Origin: Gammaproteobacteria bacterium
GTDB lineage: Bacteria; Pseudomonadota; Gammaproteobacteria; Xanthomonadales; SZUA-36
Assembly: GCA_024277815.1 (NCBI GenBank)
Contig: JAJRUM010000056.1
Coordinates: 19,592 to 83,591, forward strand
DNA length: 64,000 bases
Reading direction: 5' to 3'
Below the pieces are notes generated by a model. That model did no database searches. It was not told where the DNA came from and saw nothing but the letters and a program-made list of their open reading frames with translations. Both the position numbers and the translations under genes were made by a program. Of the stretch, positions 30,373 through 42,383 are shown in pieces. Numbering within the stretch: position 1 is the first letter of the stretch; each line of letters begins with the position of its first letter.

Positions 30373-30903
30373 ATGCGGGAGACAACTGACGAATACCTGA
30401 TGCAGCAATATGCACGTGGCAATGTACAGGCTTTCGATCAGCTCTATGCCCGGCATCGTGGTGCGCTCTATCGCTATTTCAGGCGCCAGATTACTGATGA
30501 AGCCACCGCCAATGATCTTTACCAGGGCGTGTGGGAGAAAATTATAAGGGCCAGACGTAAATACCGTACGTCTACACCCTTCACAGCATGGATGTTCCGC
30601 ATCGCCCACAACCACCTGGTCGACCATTACCGACGTCAAAAACCACAGGCCGCGGTAGATACAGACAGACTGGTTGACCTGCAGCCGGAGCCTGCGCAAC
30701 AGCACATTGACGGACAACAACGGCAACAATTGCAAGCAGGCATCGTAGCCTTGCCGGATGAACAGAGGGATACACTGCTGCTGAAACTTGAAAGCGGGCT
30801 GAAAATAGAGGAAATTGCTGTTGTTACCGGGGTCAGCGCGGACACGGTCAAAAGTCGCCTGCGCTACGCGGTCAACAAACTTAAACGGAGTCTGGTTGAA
30901 TGA
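30373..30903 (+). CDS. ECF-type RNA polymerase sigma factor
   Basis: The start is set at ATG 30373 (MRETTDEYLMQQYARGNVQAFDQLYARH). The region 2 motif FTAWMFRIAHNHLVDHYR and a region 4 HTH (EEIAVVTGVSADTVKSRLRYA) are present. Its stop overlaps the next gene's start (ATGA). Confidence 0.88.
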   Translation: MRETTDEYLMQQYARGNVQAFDQLYARHRGALYRYFRRQITDEATANDLYQGVWEKIIRARRKYRTSTPFTAWMFRIAHNHLVDHYRRQKPQAAVDTDRLVDLQPEPAQQHIDGQQRQQLQAGIVALPDEQRDTLLLKLESGLKIEEIAVVTGVSADTVKSRLRYAVNKLKRSLVE

Positions 30904-31616
30904 ACAGCATTCAGAACAACAACCCGGACGACAGAGCGCTCGAGCAGGATCTGGAGAGCCTCGGCCAGGCTTACCAGCGCCTTGGCCCGGACGAGCCACC
31001 TGCCTTGCTGGATCAGGCGATACTGAACAGTGCAAAACGTGCTGCCGAGAATAAGCCCGGGTGGATGGATTTTGGCTGGATACACGGACTGACAACCGCA
31101 GCGGTCATCGTACTGACCGTATCCATTGTCCTGACGCAACGGCAGACACCATTACCGGAACAAGTCAGCCCCATGCCTGCTGAAGCCACATCTCCGGAAC
31201 CCGACATACTTATAGAAAGAGAAACCCACATGCAGCTCAGCACCGAGAGGGCCGACAGCCTGGCTGAGCCGAAAAGGATGCGGCGCTCGGAAAACAGCAG
31301 TGGACTGCTGATGGATCTATCAGCTATGGATAAACTGGAAGAATCGGTCGCCGCACCCGCAGCAGTGACGGCCGAAAATGAAACCGCCGGAGAGTCTATG
31401 AGCCAAGCCAGTAAACTGCGACTGGAGCATAGGAGCATCGCCCCGATTGGTGCACTTGAAACCAGGTTTAAGCAATCGCAACAACTTTCGGTGGAAGAAC
31501 AACTGCAGGCCATCCTGAAACTCAAACAGGCGGGTGACAGCCGCTGGGAATCCATGCTTAAGTCATTTATCACCGACCACCCGGGCTACCCGCTTCCGGA
31601 TGCGCTGAAAAACTGA
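30900..31616 (+). CDS. Putative single-pass anti-sigma factor
   Basis: 238 aa, translationally coupled to the ECF sigma gene. It has a short cytoplasmic N-terminus, one TM helix (GLTTAAVIVLTVSIVL) and an acidic periplasmic region. No HxxxCxxC zinc motif is present. The assignment rests on position and topology only. Confidence 0.55.
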   Translation: MNSIQNNNPDDRALEQDLESLGQAYQRLGPDEPPALLDQAILNSAKRAAENKPGWMDFGWIHGLTTAAVIVLTVSIVLTQRQTPLPEQVSPMPAEATSPEPDILIERETHMQLSTERADSLAEPKRMRRSENSSGLLMDLSAMDKLEESVAAPAAVTAENETAGESMSQASKLRLEHRSIAPIGALETRFKQSQQLSVEEQLQAILKLKQAGDSRWESMLKSFITDHPGYPLPDALKN

Positions 31617-32197
31617 TGCTCAGCCTTGCAGGTCCGGCCTGTTTTGAGGAAACCATCAAAAAGAGTCGCTTTATTGCTCACGCGGCCTGCGTTACATCGC
31701 AGGCCGAATCTCTGGATTTCTATGAATCGGTCGCCGACCCCGAGGCAACCCACAATTGCTGGGCCTGGCGGATCAACTTCCAGGTTCGTTCCAGCGATGA
31801 TGGTGAGCCCTCCGGCACTGCCGGCAGACCCATGTTAAATGTCATTGAACGTCGACAACTGGAAAACACCATGGTGGTGGTGACACGTTATTTCGGTGGC
31901 ATCAAGTTGGGCGTTGGCGGCCTGGTGCGGGCCTACTCCGGAACCACCGCAAAGTGCCTCGACAGGGCACAAATAGTCGAGATCTATCCGATGGCCGAAT
32001 ATGTCATCAGGGCCGGGTTTGAATGGGCTTCCAGCATCCACGGACTACTGGATCAGTTCTCAGCCGAGAAGCTGGAAGATAACTATGATGAGCAGGGCTT
32101 GGTTCTGAAAATTCGCTGCCGGGAAGCAGACTTTGGCAAGTTGGCCACCGGCTTGCGGGACGCAAGCCGGGGACAAGCGCAAATACTGAAAACCTGA
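31616..32197 (+). CDS. yigZ: YigZ / IMPACT-family protein (UPF0029)
   Basis: 193 aa. IKKSRFIAHA, ATHNCWAW, DDGEPSGTAGRPML and VVTRYFGGIKLGVGGLVRAY are family signatures. Its ATG shares one nucleotide with the anti-sigma stop (TGATG). Confidence 0.85.
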   Translation: MLSLAGPACFEETIKKSRFIAHAACVTSQAESLDFYESVADPEATHNCWAWRINFQVRSSDDGEPSGTAGRPMLNVIERRQLENTMVVVTRYFGGIKLGVGGLVRAYSGTTAKCLDRAQIVEIYPMAEYVIRAGFEWASSIHGLLDQFSAEKLEDNYDEQGLVLKIRCREADFGKLATGLRDASRGQAQILKT

Positions 32198-32203
32198 ACT
32201 CGA

Positions 32204-33259
32204 TCAACCCCTCATTTTTAAACTGACACCGGGCAAACTCTGCGCATAATCAGCCCCCATCAACAACGACGGCGTGTAAAATCCACCTTCAACTTCGGTC
32301 TCCAGCAGATGCTTAACGATTCCCAGGCTGGCCATCACCGTCACGTCATAGCCGTCCGGCGTTGTCATGGTAGCTGATACCTTGCGGCCATCAGCACTGC
32401 TCACCTCACCCCACAACTGCATTTCTGTTCCCAGCCGGGCTTCTTTGCCAGGGCCCTTAACCGATCTCTCGATACGTCTTTTCATGGCATTTTGTACCCA
32501 TTGCATCGAAAGTAACGGACGGGCCATGCGCAACCGTTTTAACCGCATAATGGTCGATGGCGGCGCTGACATGTAGACCTCTATATCAGGAACACCGGTA
32601 CTGATATAAGCGGTGAATACGTCTCCCCAGGGAATCGTGGTGGCTAACCGCTTACCGTGTTTAAAGGGTATCTCTCGTGTTTTCCACACCAATGGCACCC
32701 ATTTCAGCTTGCCATCTTCACGTACACAACCTCCGCCAGCCAGGCCTTCCACGCTGGTTTTAGCTGTGCCGGGGCTCATACCACCACCAAATTCTAATGC
32801 CAGCACCATGGCAGTTGCTGCCGGTAGTTTTTTGACCAATGTCGCAGCCAGGCAATCAGTGGGCACAACGTCAAAACCGACCCCCGGCATCAACACGATG
32901 TCTGCTCGTCGCGCATCATCCGATTGGCTGTGTGCGTTGGCAAACACACTGATCTCACCGGTAATATCAAGATAGTGGCAACCGTTCTGCAGGCAGGCTT
33001 CAATCATGGGTTGACTGGTCGCAGAAAATGGGCCCGCGCAATGCAGCACAACGGCTATACCCTGCAGCGCCTGGTGAACAGCTGGCTGGTCTTCCAGGTT
33101 AAAAATCCGGCACTCAAAACCGGTATCCTCGCAGATATTTTCAATCGCCGCCCTGCTCCTGCCGGCCAGCACCGGGTTCATTCCCAGTTTTCTTGCTTCT
33201 TCAACAATCAGGCGGCCGGTATACCCGTTGGCGCCATATATCATCCAGTTACTCTTCAT
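32204..33259 (-). CDS. Saccharopine-dehydrogenase-like NAD(P)-binding oxidoreductase
   Basis: 351 aa with a Rossmann N-terminus (WMIYGANGYTGRLI) and the overall Sacchrp_dh_NADP-like layout. The substrate is unknown. Confidence 0.7.
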   Translation of the reverse strand: MKSNWMIYGANGYTGRLIVEEARKLGMNPVLAGRSRAAIENICEDTGFECRIFNLEDQPAVHQALQGIAVVLHCAGPFSATSQPMIEACLQNGCHYLDITGEISVFANAHSQSDDARRADIVLMPGVGFDVVPTDCLAATLVKKLPAATAMVLALEFGGGMSPGTAKTSVEGLAGGGCVREDGKLKWVPLVWKTREIPFKHGKRLATTIPWGDVFTAYISTGVPDIEVYMSAPPSTIMRLKRLRMARPLLSMQWVQNAMKRRIERSVKGPGKEARLGTEMQLWGEVSSADGRKVSATMTTPDGYDVTVMASLGIVKHLLETEVEGGFYTPSLLMGADYAQSLPGVSLKMRG

Positions 33260-33301
33260 AACATCGCTTCCTGCTGCGAACTGCTGATAATGAGGGTGCT
33301 G

Positions 33302-33775
33302 TCAGAACAGTGAACCCTGTTGCCGTTCGGTTTGGCCCGATCCCTTTTTCTTTGCCTCTTCGGGCTTGCCGGCACGAGCGGATGATTTTGTGATAGCGGG
33401 TTTATCCGGTTCAGTCGCAACCGGCCTGGCTGTGGATGGCGCGACGCTTGCGGGCTTTTCGGCCACCGGTCTGGTAGCGGGTGGTTTCGCCTTACCACCA
33501 GACGGACTGACAATAAGACTGACCAACGCGTCGAGTGTACAATGTGCTTCAAGATCATGGCGCAGGGGTTTCCTGTCGTCGATGCGATACCGGTTTCTGC
33601 GGCCATGCTTGGTGACTATGATCATGCCGCTTTGTTGCAGATCACGTACAATTTTTTGCACAGCCCGTTCAGTCAGGCCGACATCTGTAGCGACGTCACG
33701 AAGGCGCGCGCCGGAGTCACGAGCCAGACAGAACAATACATGGCCATGATTGCTGAATATGGTCCAGTTACTCAT
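33302..33775 (-). CDS. Winged-helix DNA-binding protein with a basic Pro/Ala/Lys-rich C-terminal tail
   Basis: 157 aa. The N-terminal ~90 aa form an HTH (LRDVATDVGLTERAVQKIVRDLQQSGMIIVTKHGRRNRY). The C-terminal ~65 aa are low complexity (KAKPPATRPVAEKPASVAPSTARPVATEPDKPAITKSSARAGKPEEAKKKG). It is divergent from nhaA. Confidence 0.65.
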   Translation of the reverse strand: MSNWTIFSNHGHVLFCLARDSGARLRDVATDVGLTERAVQKIVRDLQQSGMIIVTKHGRRNRYRIDDRKPLRHDLEAHCTLDALVSLIVSPSGGKAKPPATRPVAEKPASVAPSTARPVATEPDKPAITKSSARAGKPEEAKKKGSGQTERQQGSLF

Positions 33776-33865
33776 AGGTATGATTTCCTGGTGCGGCGAA
33801 ATTGGGTGAATTATATTTCGTGTTTAACAATTCTTCAATACAGATAAATAAAGTAGTGACACCGT

Positions 33866-35056
33866 ATGATTAGAAAAACAACCCGCCAGGTAGCCGAAGC
33901 ATGGCGTGAATTCCTCCGCCTGGAGTCAGCCGGGGGCGTAATACTGGTTATCGCTGCAATTCTCGCAGTTGTGATGGCCAATTCGCCCCTGACCGATATT
34001 TACACAGGCATTCTTAACCTCAAGCTGACCATCTCTGTTGAAAATGTCGGCGTCAGTAAACCGCTGATATTGTGGATTAATGATGGCTTGATGGCGATAT
34101 TCTTCCTGCTGATTGGCCTCGAACTGAAACGCGAAGTCGTCGAAGGCCAGCTCTCGAGCGCCGATCAGATCATCCTGCCGGCTCTTGCGGCGCTCGGTGG
34201 GTTGGTCGTGCCGGCTCTGATCTATTGGCTGGTCAACCGTAACAACCCCGCCGGCCTGACGGGTTGGGCAATACCTACAGCGACTGATATCGCCTTTGCC
34301 CTGGCAATCTTAAGCGTGCTTGGCAGCCGCGTACCTGCCAGCCTCAAGATCTTCCTCACAACCATAGCCATCGTCGATGATCTTGCCGCCATCAGTATCA
34401 TCGCAGTGTTCTATTCCGGTGATCTGAGTACCCATTCGTTACTGGCCGCAAGTGCGGGCATTGGCGTGCTTTTTCTGTTAAATCGCCTGTGTGTACAAAG
34501 CCTGACTGCCTATCTCCTGACCGGTGTGATCATCTGGTTCTTTGTACTCAAATCCGGTGTGCACGCCACCCTTGCAGGAATAATTGTCGCTGCATTCATC
34601 CCGTTGAAGTGTGAGGATGACAACTCACCGGCACGACGCCTGGAACATAGCCTGCATCCATGGATTGCGTTTGCTGTGCTACCTGTTTTCGCCTTTGCCA
34701 ATGCCGGCGTTTCATTTGCAGGTATTGGTCCGGATACCCTGTTTGGCACAGTCTCAGTCGGAATCGTTCTCGGCCTGGTGTTGGGCAAACAAATTGGTAT
34801 TTTTGGTATGACTAGCCTGGCCATCGGCCTGGGTTTCGCGCGCAAACCGGAAGGCACCAGTTGGGCGATGCTCTACGGCGTCGCACTGGTCTGCGGTGTA
34901 GGTTTCACAATGAGCATGTTTATCGGTGGCCTGGCATTTGAACACGGCGACCTCACCCAACGTGTGGCCGTCAAGATCGGTGTTATTGTCGGCTCATTGG
35001 CCTCGGCCCTGTTGGGTTTACTGGTACTGCATTTAAGCCTGCCAAAGAAGGCCTGA
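33866..35056 (+). CDS. nhaA: Na+/H+ antiporter NhaA
   Basis: 396 aa. EFLRLESAGGVILVIAAILAVVMANS, WINDGLMAIFFLLIGLELKRE and ATDIAFALAIL are NhaA signatures. Confidence 0.93.
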   Translation: MIRKTTRQVAEAWREFLRLESAGGVILVIAAILAVVMANSPLTDIYTGILNLKLTISVENVGVSKPLILWINDGLMAIFFLLIGLELKREVVEGQLSSADQIILPALAALGGLVVPALIYWLVNRNNPAGLTGWAIPTATDIAFALAILSVLGSRVPASLKIFLTTIAIVDDLAAISIIAVFYSGDLSTHSLLAASAGIGVLFLLNRLCVQSLTAYLLTGVIIWFFVLKSGVHATLAGIIVAAFIPLKCEDDNSPARRLEHSLHPWIAFAVLPVFAFANAGVSFAGIGPDTLFGTVSVGIVLGLVLGKQIGIFGMTSLAIGLGFARKPEGTSWAMLYGVALVCGVGFTMSMFIGGLAFEHGDLTQRVAVKIGVIVGSLASALLGLLVLHLSLPKKA

Positions 35057-35067
35057 AGCCGTTCAGT

Positions 35068-37840
<2,773 letters not shown>

Positions 37841-37854
37841 CAGCGTCCCCTGCC

Positions 37855-38421
37855 TTATTCCAGCACCAGGATTTCGTCCAGATGCCGCCATTCCTCGTAA
37901 GCATCCATGCCGCAACCAAAGACATACACGTCAGGAACATCAAGGCCGACAAAATCGACATAGTCGCGCGCCAGGCCACGGTCATGATCCTTGCGCACCA
38001 GCACCGCCATCTTGACCGAGCCGGCTTTGCGTTTCTCCACCGAACCCTTGATCGCTGCCAGGGTATTGCCTTCGTCAAATATATCGTCAACGATCAGCAC
38101 ATTCCGGCCTTCCAGGTCCAGTCGCGGTGGTACGCGGTATTCAAGCTCAGCGCCATAAAGCCCGCCCCGATAGCGCGTGGCGTGGACAAAATCCATCTGT
38201 ATCGGCATTTTCAACTTCGTTGCCAGCCATGCCGCCGGAATGATGGCCCCGGTCAGCACCGAGATCAGGATTAATGGCTCATCACCATAAAACTGATTGA
38301 TCTCATCTGCCATTTTTTGTACCGCAGCTTTGACTTCGTCACGATTGAAAATAACCCGCGAATTCTTCAGCAATTCGTGCGGATCGTGCTGCCCGTCTTC
38401 GCTGTCACTTATTGTGCCCAT
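37855..38421 (-). CDS. hpt: Hypoxanthine-guanine phosphoribosyltransferase
   Basis: The PRPP-binding motif VLIVDDIFDEGNTL and the layout LILISVLTGAIIP...FVHATRY support the call. The start is set at ATG 38421; the ORF is open to 38466. Confidence 0.85.
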   Translation of the reverse strand: MGTISDSEDGQHDPHELLKNSRVIFNRDEVKAAVQKMADEINQFYGDEPLILISVLTGAIIPAAWLATKLKMPIQMDFVHATRYRGGLYGAELEYRVPPRLDLEGRNVLIVDDIFDEGNTLAAIKGSVEKRKAGSVKMAVLVRKDHDRGLARDYVDFVGLDVPDVYVFGCGMDAYEEWRHLDEILVLE

Positions 38422-39467
38422 TTTGATTGCTCCAGTTGCTTGATCGACTTTTTCCATTGGCGCCATTCGCTAACGGTCTCCATTTCTTCACGACTGGGCA
38501 CCGGTTTGCCCTTGAGCCGTCGCAGTGCTTCATCCGCTTTGCCTGATTTGATATTAAAACAGTCCTCACCCGCACTTGTCAGCAAGTGCCTGACCTTGTC
38601 AGGATCACAAACCAGCACCGCATCACAACCAGCCAGCAGAGAAATACGTACGCGTTCTGCCAGGCTGCCAGCAACTTCGGCGGCAAACATGCCAAGATCA
38701 TCGGAAAAAACGGTACCGCCGTAGCCAATATCTTTACGCAATACAGACTTTATCCAACGGGCTGAGTAGCCCGCTGGCAGCTTATCCACCTGCGGATAGA
38801 CCACATGCGCCATCATCATCGCGTCCAACTCTCCAGCCAGTGAGGCAAAGGGCTTGAGGTCTGACTGTTTAATTTCCTCAAGCGTGCGCATATCACTGAC
38901 ATCGTCGCTGTGTGAGTCGGCCTCAACAGAACCGTGGCCCGGAAAATGCTTGCCGGTGGCACACATGCCCGCATCGTGCATTCCGGCTATATACGATCTG
39001 GCCAGCTCAACGATGATAGCAGTATTTGCAGCGAATGCCCGGTCGCCTATTACGATGCTGCGCAAGCCAACATCGAGTACCGGCGCAAAACTCAGGTCTA
39101 CACCACAGAGTAATAACTCCGCAGCCATTACACGCCCATGACGGTAAGCATAGTCGTTGGCCAGGGATGGGGATTCAGCATGCATCCGGCCAAGAATTGC
39201 CAGCGCTGGCAGTTGGGTAAACCCTTTCCTGAAACGTTGTACCCGACCCCCTTCATGATCCACACAAACCAACAACTTGCGCCGCGCAGCAGCGTTGATA
39301 CCGGCTGTCAGTCCCGTCAACTGCTCAGTTGACGCGTAGTTACGGGTAAACAACACCACTCCACCCACGGCAGGGTGACTCAGCCAGGCAGCTTCTTCAG
39401 TACTTACTTGCTGCCCTTGCAAGCCGATCAACAGCGGCCCAAGTGCGTTTTGAGGCTCCATGTTCAA
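38409..39467 (-). CDS. nagZ: Beta-N-acetylhexosaminidase (peptidoglycan recycling)
   Basis: 352 aa. GGVVLFTRNY, VCVDHEGGRVQRF and GKHFPGHGSVEADSH are GH3 NagZ motifs. Confidence 0.92.
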   Translation of the reverse strand: MNMEPQNALGPLLIGLQGQQVSTEEAAWLSHPAVGGVVLFTRNYASTEQLTGLTAGINAAARRKLLVCVDHEGGRVQRFRKGFTQLPALAILGRMHAESPSLANDYAYRHGRVMAAELLLCGVDLSFAPVLDVGLRSIVIGDRAFAANTAIIVELARSYIAGMHDAGMCATGKHFPGHGSVEADSHSDDVSDMRTLEEIKQSDLKPFASLAGELDAMMMAHVVYPQVDKLPAGYSARWIKSVLRKDIGYGGTVFSDDLGMFAAEVAGSLAERVRISLLAGCDAVLVCDPDKVRHLLTSAGEDCFNIKSGKADEALRRLKGKPVPSREEMETVSEWRQWKKSIKQLEQSKWAQ

Positions 39468-40807
39468 CTTCCGCTTTGTGAACTGCCACGCTCAAACAGC
39501 GCAATAGCCTCGCTGTGAGGTGTATGTGGGAACATGTTCAATATACCGGCACCCTTAAGCTCAAAACCATATTTACTTACCAGCAAACCGGCGTCACGTG
39601 CCAGTGTTTCCGGATTGCACGAAATATACAGGACCCGACCGACGCTGCTGGCGCCAATCCAGGGCAATATTTCCAGGGCACCGGAACGCGGCGGGTCAAG
39701 CAGCACCTTGTTATAGCTCCCGCCCGGCCATGGGGCGCTGTCGCCAGCCTGATAAAGGTCAGCGGCATGAAAATCCACATTGTCCAGCTTGTTCAATTGT
39801 GCGTTGGCACGTGCTCTGCCGACCATCTCTTCCGATGCCTCGATACCCATTACCTGCCCGGCTTCTGTAGCCAGTGCCAGAGTGAAATTACCCAGACCAC
39901 AAAACAGGTCAAGTATCTTGTCACCGGGCTGAGGGTTGAGCAACGTCATTGCCCGGGCGACCATCTGCCGGTTCAGCTCAGCGTTCACCTGCAGAAAATC
40001 CAGTGGCTCAAAAGCAAAACGGAGCCCAAGTTCCGGCAGGGTATATTCCAGGTTGGCTTCAAGGCCTTCCAGAAGCCGTACGCTGTCCGGGCCTTTTGAC
40101 TGCAGGTAGAGCGCAATGTTGTGCTGTAAGGCAAATGTCCGCATACGATCCTGGTCATCCGCAGACAATTCATCAAGATGCCGCACAATCAGTGCGATCT
40201 GGCTGTCGCCAGCGGCAACTTCAATCTGTGGCACCGAGGACCGGCACGCGAGGGTGCCCAGCATCACTGCAAGCACTGGCAGCAGTGCTGAAACCCCGGG
40301 GCACAGAATGTGGCATTCCGCCATGTCAGCGACGTAGCGACTATTACGCTCCCGAAAACCAACCAGCACCCTTTCTTTCGCGGCCACATCGCGCACTGAC
40401 AAGCGGGCTTTGCGGCGATAATTCCAGTGCGGACCCTGCAAGGCCTCGTATACCTCACCTGGCCGCACTTTGCCAGTCTGTTCAAGGTGTTCAATAAGGC
40501 CAGCCTGCTTACGGGCCAACTGGGCAGGCATTGACATATGCTGCAAGCTGCAGGCGCCACAATAACCGAAGTGCGGGCAGCGGGGCTCAACCCGATCTGC
40601 GGACTGCTGCAGTACTTCCAGTGTCTCCGCCTTGCCCCGTTGACTGCGGCCGAACAGGTAGCGCGCACTGACCTTCTCCCCCGCCAGGGCATCATAAATA
40701 CGTAAGGTCTTTTCGCCGTGCACGGCGACACCCATACCCTTGGCGTCCAATGCCTCTATCTGCACTTCAAATGGCTGGTCGGAAAGCTTCTTCTGTTTTC
40801 GGCCCAT
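39464..40807 (-). CDS. rlmD: 23S rRNA (uracil1939-C5)-methyltransferase
   Basis: 447 aa with a TRAM N-terminus, the Fe-S Cys motif CPHFGYCGACSLQH, SAM motif LDLFCGLGNFTL and DPPRSG. It overlaps the nagZ start by 4 nt. Confidence 0.9.
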   Translation of the reverse strand: MGRKQKKLSDQPFEVQIEALDAKGMGVAVHGEKTLRIYDALAGEKVSARYLFGRSQRGKAETLEVLQQSADRVEPRCPHFGYCGACSLQHMSMPAQLARKQAGLIEHLEQTGKVRPGEVYEALQGPHWNYRRKARLSVRDVAAKERVLVGFRERNSRYVADMAECHILCPGVSALLPVLAVMLGTLACRSSVPQIEVAAGDSQIALIVRHLDELSADDQDRMRTFALQHNIALYLQSKGPDSVRLLEGLEANLEYTLPELGLRFAFEPLDFLQVNAELNRQMVARAMTLLNPQPGDKILDLFCGLGNFTLALATEAGQVMGIEASEEMVGRARANAQLNKLDNVDFHAADLYQAGDSAPWPGGSYNKVLLDPPRSGALEILPWIGASSVGRVLYISCNPETLARDAGLLVSKYGFELKGAGILNMFPHTPHSEAIALFERGSSQSGS

Positions 40808-40892
40808 GTAATCACTATTCCACTTCTGAGTCTGTTTTAAATCAATAAATTACATTAATATATATCTTTAACTAATTAAAATATATGAATTA

Positions 40893-41612
40893 TTAAAGTT
40901 TTTCTATCATGTCCTTTATTGCACGCTCCAGGCCGACAAACAGCGCGTAAGCAACAATAGAATGGCCGATATTAAGTTCAATCAGTTGTGGGATTTGCGC
41001 AATTGACTGGACATTCTCATAGTGCAACCCATGGCCGGCATTGATTTGTAAACCTGCAGCCTGTCCATATTCGGCGGCATCGACAATACGGGCATACTCC
41101 CGCGCAACGCTGTCATCAGCAGCATCTGCATAACTGCCGGTGTGCAATTCAACCACCGGCGCGCCGCAGGCCACAGCCGCATCAAGTTGCGTAATGTCGG
41201 GATCGATAAACAATGAGACCCGTATTCCAGCACTGCCAAGACGCTGGCAGGCATACTTGACCGAGTCGAAATTCGTAACCACATCCAACCCCCCTTCCGT
41301 GGTCAGTTCCTGTCGCTTTTCGGGTACCAGGCAAACATCAGCCGGCCGGTTCAACTCGGCAATCGCCAGCATTTCCTCGGTCACAGCCATCTCAAGGTTG
41401 ACACGGGTTCTGACCTGCTTGCACAACGCAACTACCTCTTCATCCTGAATGTGTCGCCGGTCTTCGCGCAAGTGTACGGTGATCGCATCAGCACCCGCAT
41501 CCTCGGCCACCCTGGCAGCTTCGAGCACACTCGGATAGCTGGCCCCGCGTGCCTGGCGGATGGTGGCAACATGATCGATATTCACACCCAGTAACAATTT
41601 TCCGGAACGCAT
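40893..41612 (-). CDS. pdxJ: Pyridoxine 5'-phosphate synthase
   Basis: 239 aa. [28 protein letters not shown] and LNIGHSIV. Confidence 0.95.
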   Translation of the reverse strand: MRSGKLLLGVNIDHVATIRQARGASYPSVLEAARVAEDAGADAITVHLREDRRHIQDEEVVALCKQVRTRVNLEMAVTEEMLAIAELNRPADVCLVPEKRQELTTEGGLDVVTNFDSVKYACQRLGSAGIRVSLFIDPDITQLDAAVACGAPVVELHTGSYADAADDSVAREYARIVDAAEYGQAAGLQINAGHGLHYENVQSIAQIPQLIELNIGHSIVAYALFVGLERAIKDMIEKL

Positions 41613-41673
41613 AGACGTTGGTCCTCTTTAAGTTTACCTGCCTGGCCATTTGGGCGCAGCGTCAGCTTTGAAT

Positions 41674-42366
41674 TCAGTTTGAAAACAGGGCCAGGCTGGC
41701 CAACGGTTTACCCCCCAGATGATAGCCTATTACCCTACGCATCAGGGCACGTAATTCCGGCAATACATCCGCCGGAAGCTGTTCTGAATGCAGGGCCAGC
41801 AGGGCCTTGCCCGAAAGCCGGCCCTGGCCTTCGGATGGCCGCAGCGCAGGCCCGCGATCAGGTTTGTACTCGTACCAGCTCTGCGCTTCGATGACCGCAC
41901 CGCTGTCAAATTCCCGGTCAAGCAACAGCGCATAACCAATTGCTTCGAGCAAATGCTTCTCAAAGACCCGCAACAACGGCTGGGGTGCCGCCTCCGAAGC
42001 CAACTCCGACAATACATGCCGATACCTCTCGAATACCTCAGCGTGGGGGTCACCGCGGTGAAGCAAACGCATTAACAGCTCATTCAGGTACATTCCGCAG
42101 TACAGGGACTGGCCCTGCAAGGCAGGTGGCGATGCGACCTGATCAACAGCCGTCAGGGTTCCAAGGTCAGTTCGCTGATTCCAGCTCAACAACAATGGCC
42201 GGAACGGCTGCAAGACATTACGCCAACGGGATTTGGCTGATCGGGCCCCACGGGCAACCACCGCAATGCGGCCATGGTCGCGGGTGAAGGCTTCAACGAT
42301 TAAACTGGTTTCCTGGAATGACCGGCAGTGCAAAACATAGGCCGGCTCCAGTTGTATACGGCTCAT
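41674..42366 (-). CDS. recO: DNA repair protein RecO
   Basis: 230 aa. The N-terminal AYVLHCRSFQETSLIVEAFTRDHGRI (OB fold) and the position between era and pdxJ are as in many gammaproteobacteria. Confidence 0.9.
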   Translation of the reverse strand: MSRIQLEPAYVLHCRSFQETSLIVEAFTRDHGRIAVVARGARSAKSRWRNVLQPFRPLLLSWNQRTDLGTLTAVDQVASPPALQGQSLYCGMYLNELLMRLLHRGDPHAEVFERYRHVLSELASEAAPQPLLRVFEKHLLEAIGYALLLDREFDSGAVIEAQSWYEYKPDRGPALRPSEGQGRLSGKALLALHSEQLPADVLPELRALMRRVIGYHLGGKPLASLALFSN

Positions 42367-42383
42367 TCGCCCGCCTGCCCTGC

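Noticed and set aside
30322-31095. 257-aa minus-strand ORF covering the ECF sigma and anti-sigma genes
   Set aside because: It is antisense to a sigma factor with clear region 2 and region 4 motifs. The composition is Arg/Cys/Pro-rich with no domain. Its 5' end would start inside the anti-sigma gene.
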